NCBI GenBank assembly: GCA_951406725.2
Contig: OX597815.1
Location: forward strand, 38,812,001 to 38,876,000
Reading direction: 5' to 3'
Origin: Octopus vulgaris
Taxonomy: Eukaryota
Length of the DNA stretch: 64,000 bases
Part shown: positions 40,089 through 54,721 of the stretch, piece after piece
Numbering within the stretch: the stretch's first letter is position 1
Layout: every line of letters begins with the position of its first letter
Notes under the pieces: generated by a model
Seen by the model: only the letters and a program-made list of their open reading frames with translations
The model's database searches: none
What the model was told of the DNA's origin: nothing
Made by a program: the position numbers and the translations under genes

Positions 40089-41504
40089 CGTTCATAGACT
40101 GAATATGAAGGAATGAAAGTATGATGCTAGAGCTGAGAAATCTTGCATGCATTACTTTCAATACTTCTTATTAATAAATGCATTGTTTTGCCTTGTTTTT
40201 CAGCTAAACTGACATATTACTGTTGAAAGAAGACTTTAAAAGTAACTAGTAGTGGCTTCTCTTGAAAATCGACAAGATTTGGTATCGTGATGTCATCAAG
40301 TACCTGCAGAAAAAGGGTTTAGTCACCAAGGACATTCATGCTGCCATTGTTGCTATATTGGAGATGGAGCTCCAGCGATGATACATGTCTGTCACCACCA
40401 TGCATAACATTGATTGTTTTCACCACATGGCAATGAATGACAGGCGATTGACTATAAATCAAATAGCCAATGTTATTAGCATATCATGTGAGAGAGCTGA
40501 GAATATTCTGCGCAATGAACTTGGTACGATGAAGGTTTCCACCAGGTGAGTGCCACGTATTCGAACACATGTTCCGCTGCCGACGCCGCAGTCGCTCGGT
40601 TTCCGTTTCGATTCTTTTTTTTTCTTCCTTCCAGTGCGCGGCATCGCGCCGCATCACTGCATTTTTCAGTATGTCGTCGTCATCAGGCTGATCACAACAC
40701 GGAAAAACCTAACATTGTTTCAGTTAGATACAGTTGGTTTCCTTGAGTGTTTCTTAACCCAGGATATGTGTTAGCTTCACCGCTTTCAGCCACAGATCAC
40801 AACACGGGAAAACCTGACATTGTTTCAGGCAGATCCAACTGGTTTCCTTGAGCGTTTCTTAACTAAGGATATGTGTTGGCTTCACCGCTTTCAGCCAGAG
40901 ATAAAGAGACATTCCATGCAGTGGAAACACCACTCCTAACCTAGAAGGCCAAGGTCGTTTGACCTGCAAGGAAGATAATAGCCTCAGTTTTTCTTTTTTT
41001 TTTGAGATGCAAAAAACATTGGAATTATTGACTATCTTTAAAAGGGTCATACCATCAATGAAGAGTATCATGCCAACTTTTTGAGGCAGTTACGTGTGGC
41101 TATCAAGACTAAACGCCCAGGAAATCTGACTGAAGGTGTCAGACAATGATCCAGCACACAACTTGATTTCAATAGCTACTGCATGTGACTGGGTTTAAAC
41201 TGGTTGATCATCCTCTTTATTCTCCTAATTTAGCTCCATCTGACTATCATCTATTCCAGAACATGAAAAAATACTTGGCTGGGAACCAGTATCGCAGTGA
41301 CGATAACATCATATTTTCTGTTGGTGACTTTTTAAGACTAACAGGAAGAAAGCTTCTTCAGCAATTGGAACTAGTCACTGCAACGCCTATGGGAAAAGTG
41401 TGGGGACTGCAAGGGGGGGGGGTGTTCAAAAATAAACCTCATTTGGTCAAATTCCATAAAAATACATTGGGCAGTCTCTGAACTTTCCAGCCGACCCTCG
41501 CATA
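40088..41504 (+). mobile_element. Decayed mariner with internal insertion and ~105-bp tandem duplication
   Basis: VIKYLQKKG, VPR, HPLYSPNLAPSDYHLF motifs; right TIR ends ccctcgcata. Confidence 0.85.
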
Positions 41505-41562
41505 CGTATGTATGTGTATATATGTATGTATGCATGTATGTATGTATGTGTGTGTGTGAGTG

Positions 41563-41770
41563 TACTCTTTGCTCTCTTTTACTTATTTCAGTCATTTGAC
41601 TGTGGTCATGCTGGAGCACCGCCTTTAGTTGAGCAAATCGACTCCAGGACTTATTCTTTGTGAGCCTAGTACTTATTCTATCGGTCGCTTTTGCCGAACC
41701 GCTAAGTTACGGAGACGTAAACACATCAGCATCGGTTGTCAAGCGATGTTGGGGAGACAAACACAGACAC
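41563..41770 (-). mobile_element. SINE (family of 55405)
   Basis: Reverse complement match to 55405-55600. Confidence 0.8.
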
Positions 41771-41911
41771 ACAAACATATACACACACACATATATACAT
41801 ACATACACACAAACATACATACATACATACATACATACATACATGCATGCATGCATGCATGCATGCATACATACATACATACATACATACATACATACAT
41901 ACATACATACA

Positions 41912-41947
<36 letters not shown>

Positions 41948-42425
41948 TATATTCAGATATGATTACATGTGCTCGACACGCGACAACTGAATCGCATAGG
42001 TTTCAGTACCAATATTAATTGCGTTAAAGTTCCACGGCCGTATATACACACAGGTTGTCCATATCTGATAGTGGGCTATGGCGAAATAGCTAACCCCCCC
42101 CCCCATGTACGAATATTTCCATGCAGTCTTTTTAACCACTCTGATATGATTCATTTTGCTTGTATGCATGGACCTTTGTGAGAATGATTGCTATTACTGT
42201 TGTTTGTTACTGTTGACATTACTCTTGCTGTTGATGCGGTGTAGTTGTCGCTGTTGATGTAGCTGATGATGATGATGATGATACTGTTATGGGTGTCGTT
42301 GTAGCTGCTTCTGTTATTGCCTTCGTCTTTGTCGCTATATTACTATTGCAGTCATCCTCGTCTTCGCTATCGTCGGCGGCGGCGTTGCTGTTGTCGTGTC
42401 ATCCTTAATGTTCGTCCATTTTTTT

Positions 42426-42468
<43 letters not shown>

Positions 42469-42984
42469 CTCTCTCTCTCTCCTTTTTGAATGTCGTCGTC
42501 ATCGTAGTTCTTGTCACCGTTATTGATGATGCTATTGATGTTGTTGTTGTTGTTTTATTGCCTTATCGTTTGCTAATCGACTAATATGTCTTCTTTTGAT
42601 TTATTGCAATGGTATACAACCTAGGTTACAAGGGATTTATCTTCTACTGTTGCCGCAGATCGCATCTCAGTAACAAGTAACCAGGAATCGGGTTTCACAT
42701 TTCTCTTAATTTTACATCCAACTCCACTTTGCAATAAATATAGATCTTTTTTTCTATTTTTTCTTTGTATCTTTCTTTTATTCGTTTATTGTTTCATTGA
42801 CTAATTCATTTATTCATCCATTCATTCAAGTTGTTATTTGTTAGTCTTTTATTCTTGCGAGGGAAACTTATTCAAATTCACAAATATGATGGCGTTTTTG
42901 AGTAATCTGTTATCTAAACAATTTTAGTACGAATATATTTCCTGATTTCCCTTCCCTATTCTAGTCAGTGCAGTGAAGTCTATG

Positions 42985-43035
42985 AGCCGCTGAGGATAAC
43001 CGTAAGGCCGAAACAAGCCCTAAGTTGTTAGCCGT
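42985..43035 (+). ncRNA. Degenerate hammerhead-like motif
   Basis: CTGAGGA-taacc gtaa ggcc-GAA ACAA..TTGT-T; stem I not paired. Confidence 0.4.
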
Positions 43036-43539
43036 TGTTACTGAAATAAAATATATCTACAAATATTGTTTTATTTTACCGCATAATTATCTCTGGTTAG
43101 ATTTTTACTGCCACTTGCATCAAATCTGAATATGTTAACCCTAACTTTATACAATTCAACGATTCGATGATGCATCTCACTCCGGATGTAATATGGTCAG
43201 TCTGGTAGAAAAAAGTAAAAGATTTTTCTTGGGCCATAACAAGTGGCCACTTACTACGTCGAAATTTCACTCATTCATGTAACGTGATGGGGCACCTCGA
43301 CGTAGTTGCATGGTCGACTAGAAATAGCTGCCAAATCTCTCTCAAATCATATCCTACCATCTTAAATAAGAAAACATTGGATTTAAGAACAACTTAATTA
43401 TATAAAATTGTCGTTACATCGTCTTTCGGCTGCTAGTAATATCGCTTTTAAATCGATTGAAGAATATTATCTAGATCTTAATTTATCATGCACAATAATG
43501 AATTTGAACAAGGCACACTGTGTATCTTGAAAAACTTGC

Positions 43540-44715
43540 TTTTCTTTAGTAGAAACTCGAACATCCGCCATCTGTAGAAAGTGTAAATGGACAGGTTGGT
43601 CACAGTATTAATATCTTCCACTCTAGTGAACAAGCCGCGTCTACCTCCACAGGAAGCCCTAAACCTTAGACAAAGTGTTTTTGTCTGTGGCAACTCGAAA
43701 ATCTACATCCATGTCTGATGTTCACTTAAAAGGGCTGGTTGTTAGATATGTAAAACAAAATAGGATATTGTTCTACTCATTCAGAATTTATTACTACAAC
43801 TTTTACTATCGCACAATGTAAGACAATATCGTCAATTATGCAGTCTTAATTTTTTTCTTCTAGTAACTGTATGGTATGTGACGAGCCTATTTCACCTTCG
43901 ATCATGGATAAAATTATTGACAAAGGAATCAAAATTATCATAGATATAGATTCATCAGAAAATTTAATGTCAAAAATCAGCTAAATGAAATCGATGTGAA
44001 AATATATCTAAAAATTGATGTTGTTTCCGTGGCAAATTCCATAACAGCACTAATTAACGGAGCACATATTGTTAAAATGCCTAAATGAGAATAAAAACAA
44101 GACTTTCTAATCTTCCACAACTTTGTTCTGATATGATTACGCTATAATAATTTTTTAATTAAGTAAACAATTAGAGTCATATACAGACCATCAGTACATT
44201 TTTATTTATGGTTCACTTAATTACAGTTGAGCGAGAAACCTAATAAAAACTTTTCACAAACTTACTGGAAACTTCAAACCTATTGCAACTAAACTTTGCC
44301 AATATATTGTAGGAAATAAAGCTATGGAAACAGAAATTCCAAAACTTTTCAGAAAAGGTATCAAAGAATCAAGTAATTCACAATGGCAGGCACAGATTTT
44401 ATGTGTTACAGGCAATTCTGGTTTTTAAAAAATACTTATATTCGATTTCTCTCAAGCTGACAACCATTTTACAGAGCTTGATGCTTATCCAATTCCCTGT
44501 ATAGATGATCTGGTCAATGTTATAGCCAAACAAATAATATAGTAAAATTGATCTAAGTAGCACTTATTATTATGGAAAGACCATGCACAGATTTCTAAGC
44601 ATCTGCAAGGCTGTATCAATTTACTCGAGTGGCTATGAACGCTAGAAATGCTGCACCTCTGCTTCAGCGTGTCGTCAATAAATTTATCAAAGAAAATCAT
44701 CTTAAAGGTACCGTT
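43540..44715 (+). mobile_element. Gypsy LTR-retrotransposon gag/pol remnant
   Basis: RT start KGIKESSNSQWQAQI, FTELDAYPIPCIDDLVN, KIDLSSTYY, LYQFTRV; possible protease remnant IDSSENL. Confidence 0.8.
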
Positions 44716-45640
44716 GTTTGTAGCAAAATTATTGCCCGATACTAACCTTTCGAAATTCTTTCATTCTTGCTGGACGTACAAGTATGATACAGAGCAAAGA
44801 TATGTCTGCTAACTTCATACGCTGTCATATTTGTTATGGTGAGTTTTTGTTTTAATTCTGAACACTGGACGTTCTCTTTAAGATTCTTCGTTTGGATTCT
44901 CCGATTATTACGTCAAAAGAATCACTTTCTATTCTTCTTAAATTAAGTCGTTAGTTGGCGCAATTTTTCTTCTGTTTGACTACATTGTAAATAAAGTACC
45001 AATCTAAATAGATTCTAGATAAAATACCAATCAAAATACATTGTAAAATACCAATTGTACACAAAGGACCAATCTGAATAGATTCTTAAATGTACCAGTC
45101 TAAAAGCTGGAATGAGTATACTCGACAAACTCGCTCATCTCAAAGTTTCTGACCTTGTGTCTGAATCAGAAACCATTATTATTGGTAGCAGAAATACGAT
45201 GTGTTAGCGGAAATGTCAGAAAACTAACATACATTCAATAGTATGTGCGAGAGGTCAGATGTGTGGGGAAGATATGAAGGAAATATATATGTGTGTGTGT
45301 GTGTGTGTATGCATGCATGTATGTATATATGTGTATATATATTATATATAATATCTACATATAAATATATATATAGTTAATGGAATATATTCAATGGGAA
45401 TACAGTATACTAAGTTTCGAATTAGTGCTCTTGATAGGGAAATATCAAAAACCTTAAAGGTATTTAGACATTTAATAAAAGCGATTATATATTATATCAT
45501 AGAATAAGAGCAGGAAAATCATCATCCAAAATATACGTCCAAAAGGATATTGTATTAATAGATAAATATATAAATATATAAAGTATGATTATCAAAAATG
45601 TTTGATCGTTTTATCAATGTATTAACCTTCGAAATGAAAT

Positions 45641-46490
45641 CTAAAATACGTTATTACTATTATTATTACTATTATCGTTATTATTGCTATCGTTGTTGTT
45701 AATTATGCTATCTCTAACGGTGTTGGAAGTTGTGGTAGCATTGTGGATAGTGTTAGTAGGATAAGTTGGGTTATGGTTATGGTCTAACGTATGAGGTTCA
45801 ATGCTGGAACTGTGTATATGTTGGACGCTCGTGTATTCAGAATTGTTATAGTGTGAGTTTTGATAGTAGAGAAAAGGCTTTTGTTTATTACAGGCTGCTA
45901 TGATAGACTCGAAGTTAGGTGGGATGGAATAGGATAGCTTCATGGTAGATCTATTAAAGATAGAGTGATATTTATGTTGACAAGGGAAGTTGGAGCCCAG
46001 TATATTAAAGAAGGATTTAGCTAAGCCCTTAACGTTTAGTGCGTAGAGGGTGTATACCATAGAATAGAATGTCCGCCACATGTTTTGGGGTGCGTAGAGG
46101 TAGTGCTGTCTATATTTTTTGGAAATGGCCCTTTGTTGTCAGCTGCTTTAGCTGTTTATGCTTTTGACCTAATGTTATAGGTATGAGTGTGGGTATTGGG
46201 TTTTCTTAATGCGGGTTCTCCCGGGATTCTAGCATAGTGCATGTGTGGTCTGTTGTGATTCTGATGGTTGGTGTATCGTTGCGTTGGGATTTGAGATATA
46301 TGTTGCTTGAGCCTAGGATTAGTGATGTATTTTATTTGTTGGGAGAAGGCGCTGGCAGTGACCGCTTGGTTGTAATACGGTGCGTGGTTATTGAATATTT
46401 CCTCAGTGGAAAAGAAGTCAGATATGGGGATCGTGATACTCTTGACTATGTTATCAAAGGTGGATTTATGGTGACTGTAATGTAAAATGG
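45641..46490 (-). mobile_element. Penelope-like fragment (RT thumb and linker)
   Basis: NFPCQHKYHSIFNRSTMKLSYSIPPN (cf. HFPK.HK.HKIFNRNT.K.SYSC.PN); STEEIFNNHAPYYNQA. Confidence 0.85.
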
Positions 46491-46513
46491 TGACGCCAAA
46501 ATGTAAAAATGAG

Positions 46514-46883
46514 CAAGATAAATGAAAATATACGAAATAAAAAGTGATTACCTACGTACCATTGGTTTCATTTGTTAATATCTACGTATGCAAACACGCA
46601 GATATCTGCAAGATCGTCAGTGTAGTCTGTCGCTTACAAAATACAATTTTCAGAACTAGATACAGAACGCTCAACCGAAATCGAGCGTGAAAGTATTCTC
46701 TGTATATCCATGCTCGATTTAGGTTGAGTGTTCTGTATCTAGTTCTGGAAATTGTGTTTTGTAAGCAAACGACTATGCTGACGATCTTCAGATATCTGCC
46801 TGTTTGCATACGTAGATATTAACAAGTGAAACCAATGGCACGTAGGAAATCGTTCTTTATTTCTTATATTTTCATTTGTCTTG
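46514..46883. repeat. 370-bp fold-back (palindrome 1)
   Basis: ~175-bp arms, about 90% complementary by eye, ~20-nt loop near 46700. Confidence 0.92.
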
Positions 46884-46888
46884 TGAAC

Positions 46889-47383
46889 TTAATTTTAAAA
46901 AAATTTAATTCAATATTAATTCAATTTTAAAATATTTAGCCACTCTTCAGGTCAAAAAAATTACGTAAATAAATTTGGATATTCTAATAAAAACAGTAAA
47001 TATATAAATATATGTATATTAACTGTAAATAATTCAATAGAATTTAACAATAATAATGTAAAGCAAAAACATGACTTATCTTATTGACGAAAACCAGTTA
47101 AAAGAAATTTTAAACTTACAATCTAGCGTTTTACAACGCTTTATTGTAAGTTTAAAGTTTAAATTTTCTTTTAACTGGTTTTCATCAATATGATAAGTCA
47201 TGTTTTGCTTTACATTAATATTGTTAAATTTTAGTGAATTATTTACTGTTAATATACATGTATTTATATATTTATTGCTTTTATTATAATATCTAAATTC
47301 ATTTATGTTATTTTTTTACCTGAAGAGTGGCTGAATATTTTTTAATTGAATTAATATTGAATTTTTAAATTTTTAAAAATTAA
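46889..47383. repeat. ~495-bp AT-rich fold-back (palindrome 2)
   Basis: ~245-bp arms centred on agcgtt-ttac-aacgct at 47125-47140. Confidence 0.92.
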
Positions 47384-47445
47384 TTTTTTTTAAATCAAAT
47401 TTTAATCTTATCTATTATATTTAGTCATGAAACGCGCGTAGTCAA
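47315..47445 (+). ncRNA. Type I hammerhead motif with long AT-rich stem II
   Basis: tttac-CTGAAGA-gtggctgaatat...atatttagtcat-GAAAC-gcgc-GTA-gtcaa; the mirror arm (46951-46955) preserves ttgac for stem I. Confidence 0.75.
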
Positions 47446-47546
47446 TTTAATGTTTAATTTTTAGAATAATAATTATAAAATTTTTATTTAATTAATTTCC
47501 ATGTGATCATTATAGATAATATCTTGTCACTAACTAGATAGTGGTT

Positions 47547-47591
<45 letters not shown>

Positions 47592-47593
<2 letters not shown>

Positions 47594-49360
47594 GGGTGAT
47601 TTCAAATTCTCCAACGTCAAATGGCACAAAGGTCTCATGCCCTCAGGAATGACTCATTGCAAGCAAGCACAGGTGGCATCCCTGCTCAACCTCACCAATG
47701 CCCTATTCATGAAGCAAGCTGTACTCAGACCAACTAGGGCGAATAGCATTTTGGATCTCTACTTCACGAACAATATGGACATCGTTCATGATGTGAAAGT
47801 GACGCCGACATTAGTCTCAGATCAAAACATAACAGAGCTGTCTATATTTGGGCCGAAAGTAACCAGAGACTAAAGGAAGCACCCGAAATCTCTCCAATGT
47901 GAACTTCCACAAAGCAGATTGGAAATCGATCCAAAAAGAGATTCTCAGACAGGACTGGCCGAAATGTCTCTCCACACCAGATATTGATATGAAACTAGAA
48001 TATTTCATGTCTGTTGTGCAAGCCATATGCTAGAAATATGTCCCAGAGTCCAAGGGTAAACAAATAGGAACGCGATTCCAAGGGAGAGGGAGACGACGGA
48101 CGAATGTTGCAGATCGACTCAACCAACATCCCAAAAGTAGCGGAAGGTCCTGCCTAAAAACAACACTGATGCAGATTGAAAAAAGACTGCAACGATCTTA
48201 TGTGAGGGAGAGAGCAGACAAAGAAGCCTGGGTTATAAAAAACATTAAGTCAAACCCAAAGGCCTTCTTTCAAACACGAAAGAAACAGCCTCAGTACGCT
48301 CTAAGATAGGACCTCTCTTCCAAAAGGATGTCTCCCTCAGAGGATCAATGAGGTACTGAATGGCCAGTTGAAAAATGTCTTTACCACCCTATTGGAACAC
48401 AGACAAGTGAACGAACCAGTTAACTTGTTTGTTTCTCACCTATAACCAGCGAGGCAGTTACGATAGAATACATCGACATTAGTGAAGAAGATATACTACT
48501 AGCCATAGATGAGGTGAACGCAAGCTTAACTGTTGGTCCTGATGGTTTCCCAGCAATCCTCCTCAAATCGTGTAAGCGTGCCCTGGCAAAAGCCCTCCAG
48601 ATTCTTTTCCAGAGCTTTCTTGCAAATGGCCAAGAAAGCTGAAGGAGGGAATAATATGCCCAATCCATAAAGGGGGAATCAGAGCAGATGCCAAAAACTA
48701 TAGTCACATCTTTCTGATTTCACACATCAGGAAAGTCATGGAACGGGTTTGGAAACCATTTGCATTCCTTGAGGAAAATAACATGCTGAGTGATACCCCG
48801 CATGGCTTCAACCAGGTAGGAGCTACCTGATTCAGCTCTTGCAACATTATGACTGGGTGTTGAGACTGTTACTCAACAACTCAAATGTGGACGTAATATA
48901 CCTTGATTTTGCAAAGGCTTTTGATAAAATGGATCATGGTATGATATGCTGCAAACTGCATAATATACATCTTGAAGATTCTGGAAGCAATTGGGCCAAA
49001 TTTTGGCATTGAAAGCTACACCAATACCAGAACGGGTCGACGCTGCATAGTGCTAAAGATGCCAGCAATGCCATCGCGCTTCAAGACCAGTTACTGCAAC
49101 AGCCTGGGTTTCAGAATACCACATTTTTTAATATTCTCCCAAAGAGCCTGAGGAACCAGCACAAAGTAGATGTAGGCGTTTTAAAATCAAGGCTGGACCT
49201 CTTCCTCTCGAGAATCCCAGATGAACCTACCTCACGGCAAGAGGTGAAAATGAGGGTAGCTATATCAAACTCCATTCTTCACCAAGTGTCACATATTTTA
49301 ATTGTAGTGAAGAAAAACGGCGGGGCATCAGTATGCCCGCAGATCTGCGCTGAAACTGCA
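47592..49360 (+). mobile_element. CR1-like LINE, internally deleted and decayed
   Basis: MGDF.. and PTRANSILDLYFTN (APE), GPDGFPAILLK, YLDFAKAFDKMDHG (RT), C-terminal [15 protein letters not shown]. Confidence 0.88.
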
Positions 49361-49369
49361 GAGAAAAAA

Positions 49370-49579
<210 letters not shown>

Positions 49580-49839
49580 ATATATATATATAAAAATATA
49601 TATGTATGCATTTATGTATGTATATCAAGAAAACTCAAAGAGTTGCAGGCAACGCTAAGTGCTATGGAACTCTTGGTTCGATAGGGATACCGGTGAGGAG
49701 TGTAATATGGGTCTTGTATTAGTATGCATATTTGTATTAGACAAAATGATATAACAAAGCCAAGGCTGTGAGGAGTTTTCAGGACATTTATAAGGAAAGG
49801 GACATAAGCAAAATTATTTTTTCACAAAATAATATCAAT

Positions 49840-50575
49840 CGTCAAGGAGAAATCAAGCGTCAACTTATGCTCCTGTACAGGTGAAGTTATAACATGGTCC
49901 AATCTCTTAAACAAGAAGAGCTTCCTACAATTCGATATAAATAATTACTACTTTTCTATTTCTCCCAAACTTCTTAATCAAGCTCTCCCTCTAGCTAGGA
50001 ATCTAACTAACCTTACCACACTAGAAATTAACATAATCTTTAATGCCCGTAAAACCATTATTTCTATTGAGGATAAACTCTGGTGCCGAGCCAATAACCA
50101 TAACAATACCAATAACCATAGCAATTTATTTGACATTACCATGGGATTATCCGACTCCGCCCATGTCACCGACCTCCTTGGACTATACGTACTCCACCAG
50201 CTCCAAATACATTTCCCAAATTTAAAGGAGGCCTCTACAAAGATGAAGCCTTGCAAGTAACCAAGAGCGTAAATAAATCATTTTTAGAATGAGCTAGAAA
50301 AGATCTACTCAAATTTTTTTTCTAGCCTAAATCTGTCTATTACTTATGAAAAATACACAAAACTACTAACCATTTAGACGTAACTTTAAACTTAGAAACC
50401 TCTCAATACTCTCATTATAACAAACGTAACCAATACCTTAAATACTTAAACAATCATTCCAGTCACCACAAATCCACCTTTGATAACATAGTCAAGGGTA
50501 TCACGATCCCTATATCTGATTTCTCTTCCACTGAGGAAATATTCAGTAACGATGCACCGTATTACAACCAAGCGT
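49840..50575 (+). mobile_element. Penelope-like RT fragment
   Basis: QFDINNYYFSISPKLL, FDITMGLSDSAHVTDLLGLYVL, LDVTLNL, STEEIFSNDAPYYNQA. Confidence 0.85.
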
Positions 50576-50823
50576 GTGTGTAAATGTGTGCTCCTGTATA
50601 TTTGTGTATGTATGTATATATATATATATATATACTGTCTCAAAGCGGCGAAAATATTTTGACAAATTAAATTTAGATGTTGAAGTGAATTTAACGGCTT
50701 TTGTGTGTTTCTTAAATGTCTTATAAACACCTTCCACGCTGCAATTGTTTCCGTTCCAGCACACGATCTCAGATCAGGTTACTGGCTATGCAAGTACATC
50801 TCCATAATATATATTTATATATC

Positions 50824-51087
50824 AAAGCAATAATAAATCTCTGAGTGAGGATAAACAGTAGCAACACGACATCGTGAAGTATATTTACCACCTTAATGTG
50901 ACGAACCCTTAAGGGTCGATGCTACTGTAGCTTGTAGCCCCAGAAAGACACATCCTCCAGCTCGCTATTGACACACTATCTGTGCCCTACCAGTATTTGC
51001 AAAGTGAAGTTATCGTTCCCATTTACAGCCTGATGTGATACACGAGGACCCGAGTTTCTTGCTATTGACTCGTCATCAGCATGTGAC
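50824..51087 (-). mobile_element. Second copy of the 3195 pLTR-like family with hammerhead remnant (51041-51085)
   Basis: Minus strand cacatg-CTGATGA-cgagtcaatagcaa-GAAAC-tcgg-GTC-ctcgtg; colinear with 3383-3642. Confidence 0.8.
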
Positions 51088-51516
51088 AACGCCACCTATG
51101 TGTGTGTATGTATGTGTATATGTATATACAAATATATATGAATGTGACTATGTGTATATATCTATACGTATGTACTTGTATGCGTGAGTGCGTGTGACTG
51201 TGTGTAAGCGCATGTGCGCCTGCGCGTATGTATGTATATGTGCATATATGTGTATATGTAAGCGCATACATATGCGTGTATGAATACATTTACGGATGCG
51301 CGTGAGTATGCATGTATATATATGTATGTGAATGTATATGCATATGTATATATATGTATATGTGTGTTTGTTATGCGCACGTATATATGTATGTGTGTGC
51401 GCGTACATATATCATTATACCTTCTTTCCTCCTCTTTGATTCCTAACTATCACAGTAACGTATGCAATCGCATACGTCTGTTTATAGAAATTTGACATCC
51501 TTGTATTCTACCTTCT

Positions 51517-51705
51517 ACTTTAAATTTTACTACTGAACACCACTTACACCTTTTCTCTACCCATCCCTTAATGCAGCGCTATCATATCATACCAACTCAC
51601 GTATTTCACACTTTAAATTTTACTACTAAACCCCACTCATACCTTTTATCTACCCATCCCTTAATGCAACTCTATCACATCACCCCTATTCACATATCTC
51701 ACACT
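51517..51705. repeat. Two tandem ~94-bp units
   Basis: ctttaaattttactact..ctacccatcccttaatgca repeated. Confidence 0.8.
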
Positions 51706-51929
51706 TAATCACTCCTTACCTTCTCATCTCTCCCTATCCCTCCCCCAGTCCTCTCCCATCCTCCCATCACATCATCTTGACCACCAACTAATACTCCTTT
51801 TCTCTCTTCTTTCACCCTTTCTTCGCTTTTTTCACTCTTTTCACATTTTTGTCTCTTCTTTTTTCTATTTTTCCCCTCATTTTTCTTCCTGTTCTCATTT
51901 TGACTTATCTCACCAGTCTAATCATACAC

Positions 51930-52600
51930 ATTGAACTATTGAGAAATCTGTAGTTACTTTATCCAGATTACAAGTTAAGGTTTTATACCTGTAATTATTG
52001 GAGCACTGGGATATGTAGCACTGACTAAATAATAATCTTGAGAAACTTCGCTTCTCGAAACCAGAAAGGAGAAAGTTGATTCAAAGACTACATATCCAAA
52101 TTATCTCTGGAACTGTAAAAATCAGTAAAACTTTCCATAAGTTTATCATTTAAGTATATATGAGAATGTCTAGACATGCAACTATAAACATGAGAAAACA
52201 TACGTAAAACAAAACATACAATCTGCACGTATACTTACATACATACATACATACATACATACAAAAATACTTTGTTGTTGATGTTGTTGTTGTTGTTGTT
52301 GTTAAGCAACAAGAGGGGTAAGGGTGATTAGGTGATAGTCTAGGGCTTGGGGTGGGAGACCCCAGACCTTGAAAAAATAAACCTTTGGTCGACTTGTTGT
52401 AGTCGAGGGCTCTTCGTTGACACACGACACCACTGGGAGATGGCCCTCGAAGTCGCTGGAAATGGAGATCTCCAGGTCCAAATTTTTGAACGGCTGTTGT
52501 TGATGTTGAAATCCTAATGAAGGAACCTTGGATCTCGGTTAGAAACCGACTCTTTCTCTTTTGGCAAGAAATCTTGAAATATAACTGAATAATGACATAC
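51930..52600 (+). mobile_element. RLE-type (R4/NeSL-like) non-LTR 3' end
   Basis: RFIPVIIGALG motif typical of the restriction-like endonuclease C-terminus, then a 3' UTR shared with 3920-4030. Confidence 0.7.
52303..52495 (-). mobile_element. Short LINE-tail-like insert within (GTT)n
   Basis: Interrupts the R4-like UTR between two gttgttgatgttg tracts; family not assigned. Confidence 0.45.
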
Positions 52601-52867
52601 ATACATAAATACATAGAAGAGAGAAATTTAATAATTCATTAATGAATAATACATTAATGAATAAAAGATATAATTAAACAGGTGAAAATAAATGGATACG
52701 AATAAAGGTCAGTGATCGGTCACTGACTTTTATTTATGCACATTTGTTTTTATTTATTTCTTTATTCTATTGTTTATTTGATATTTATTCAGTTACTTCT
52801 TTTTAGTTATACTAATGTCATTCATTTACATTCACACACATACACACACGTCTCTCTCACTCTCTCA

Positions 52868-52937
<70 letters not shown>

Positions 52938-52959
52938 GAATATATGTATATATGTATAT

Positions 52960-53812
<853 letters not shown>

Positions 53813-54122
53813 TACAATATAACATGACTGGTCGGTATTGTGCCTCGTCTCTCTAATTGTCGCTTTATCCATGTTGACGTAGATGCATATGGATATCTAG
53901 GCATAGAAATATACGTTTATACATACGACTGTCTTTATATGAGCATCTATATGTTCGTAAATGTGACGTCCCATCACCATTACCGTCACCGCTGTTTACA
54001 TGTTTTGCACGTTCAAGCGACCGTGTATGCATATACGCCTAAGAGCACCAATAAATGTATGTGCATATGCGTCTACATGTTTTGTACATGTATATCTGTA
54101 GTTGTGAGTATATATCTGTATG

Positions 54123-54298
54123 TGTATTTCTTTACTAACCACAAGGGGCTAAACACAGAAGGGACAAACAAGGACAGGCGAACGGATTAAGACGATTACA
54201 TCGACCCCAGTGCGTAACTGGTACTTAATTTATCGACCCCGAAAGGATGAAAGGCAAAGTCGACCTCGGCGGAATTTGAACTCAGAACATAACGGCAG
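54123..54298 (-). mobile_element. SINE (family of 54722), 5'-truncated
   Basis: Reverse complement of 54780-54955. Confidence 0.88.
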
Positions 54299-54457
54299 AG
54301 TGTTTGTATACGTACATGTGTGTGCGTGTGTGTGTATGTATGTATGTATGTAGGTAGGTAGGTAGGTATGTATGTTTATATGTGCGTGTCCCCGAATATG
54401 TAACTGTGGATATAGTTTATTTGTAGGTATGTGTCTATAGTGGGTATATATGTATAC

Positions 54458-54512
<55 letters not shown>

Positions 54513-54721
54513 TATATGCGTATATATGTATGCCTTTATATATGTGTATATATTTATGCATTTATAAATGTGCATATATGTATACTTTTGTATATATGTA
54601 TATATGTATATATGTGCACATTTGTATATGTATATATATGTGTGCATATACATATGTGTATATATATACACATTTCTATATGTCTATATACGTATGCATT
54701 TATATATGAATATACGTGCAT

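Noticed and set aside
45401-45470. Minus-strand GAAAC-tta-GTA hammerhead half downstream of a Penelope fragment
   Set aside because: No recognisable CUGANGA core; too decayed to call
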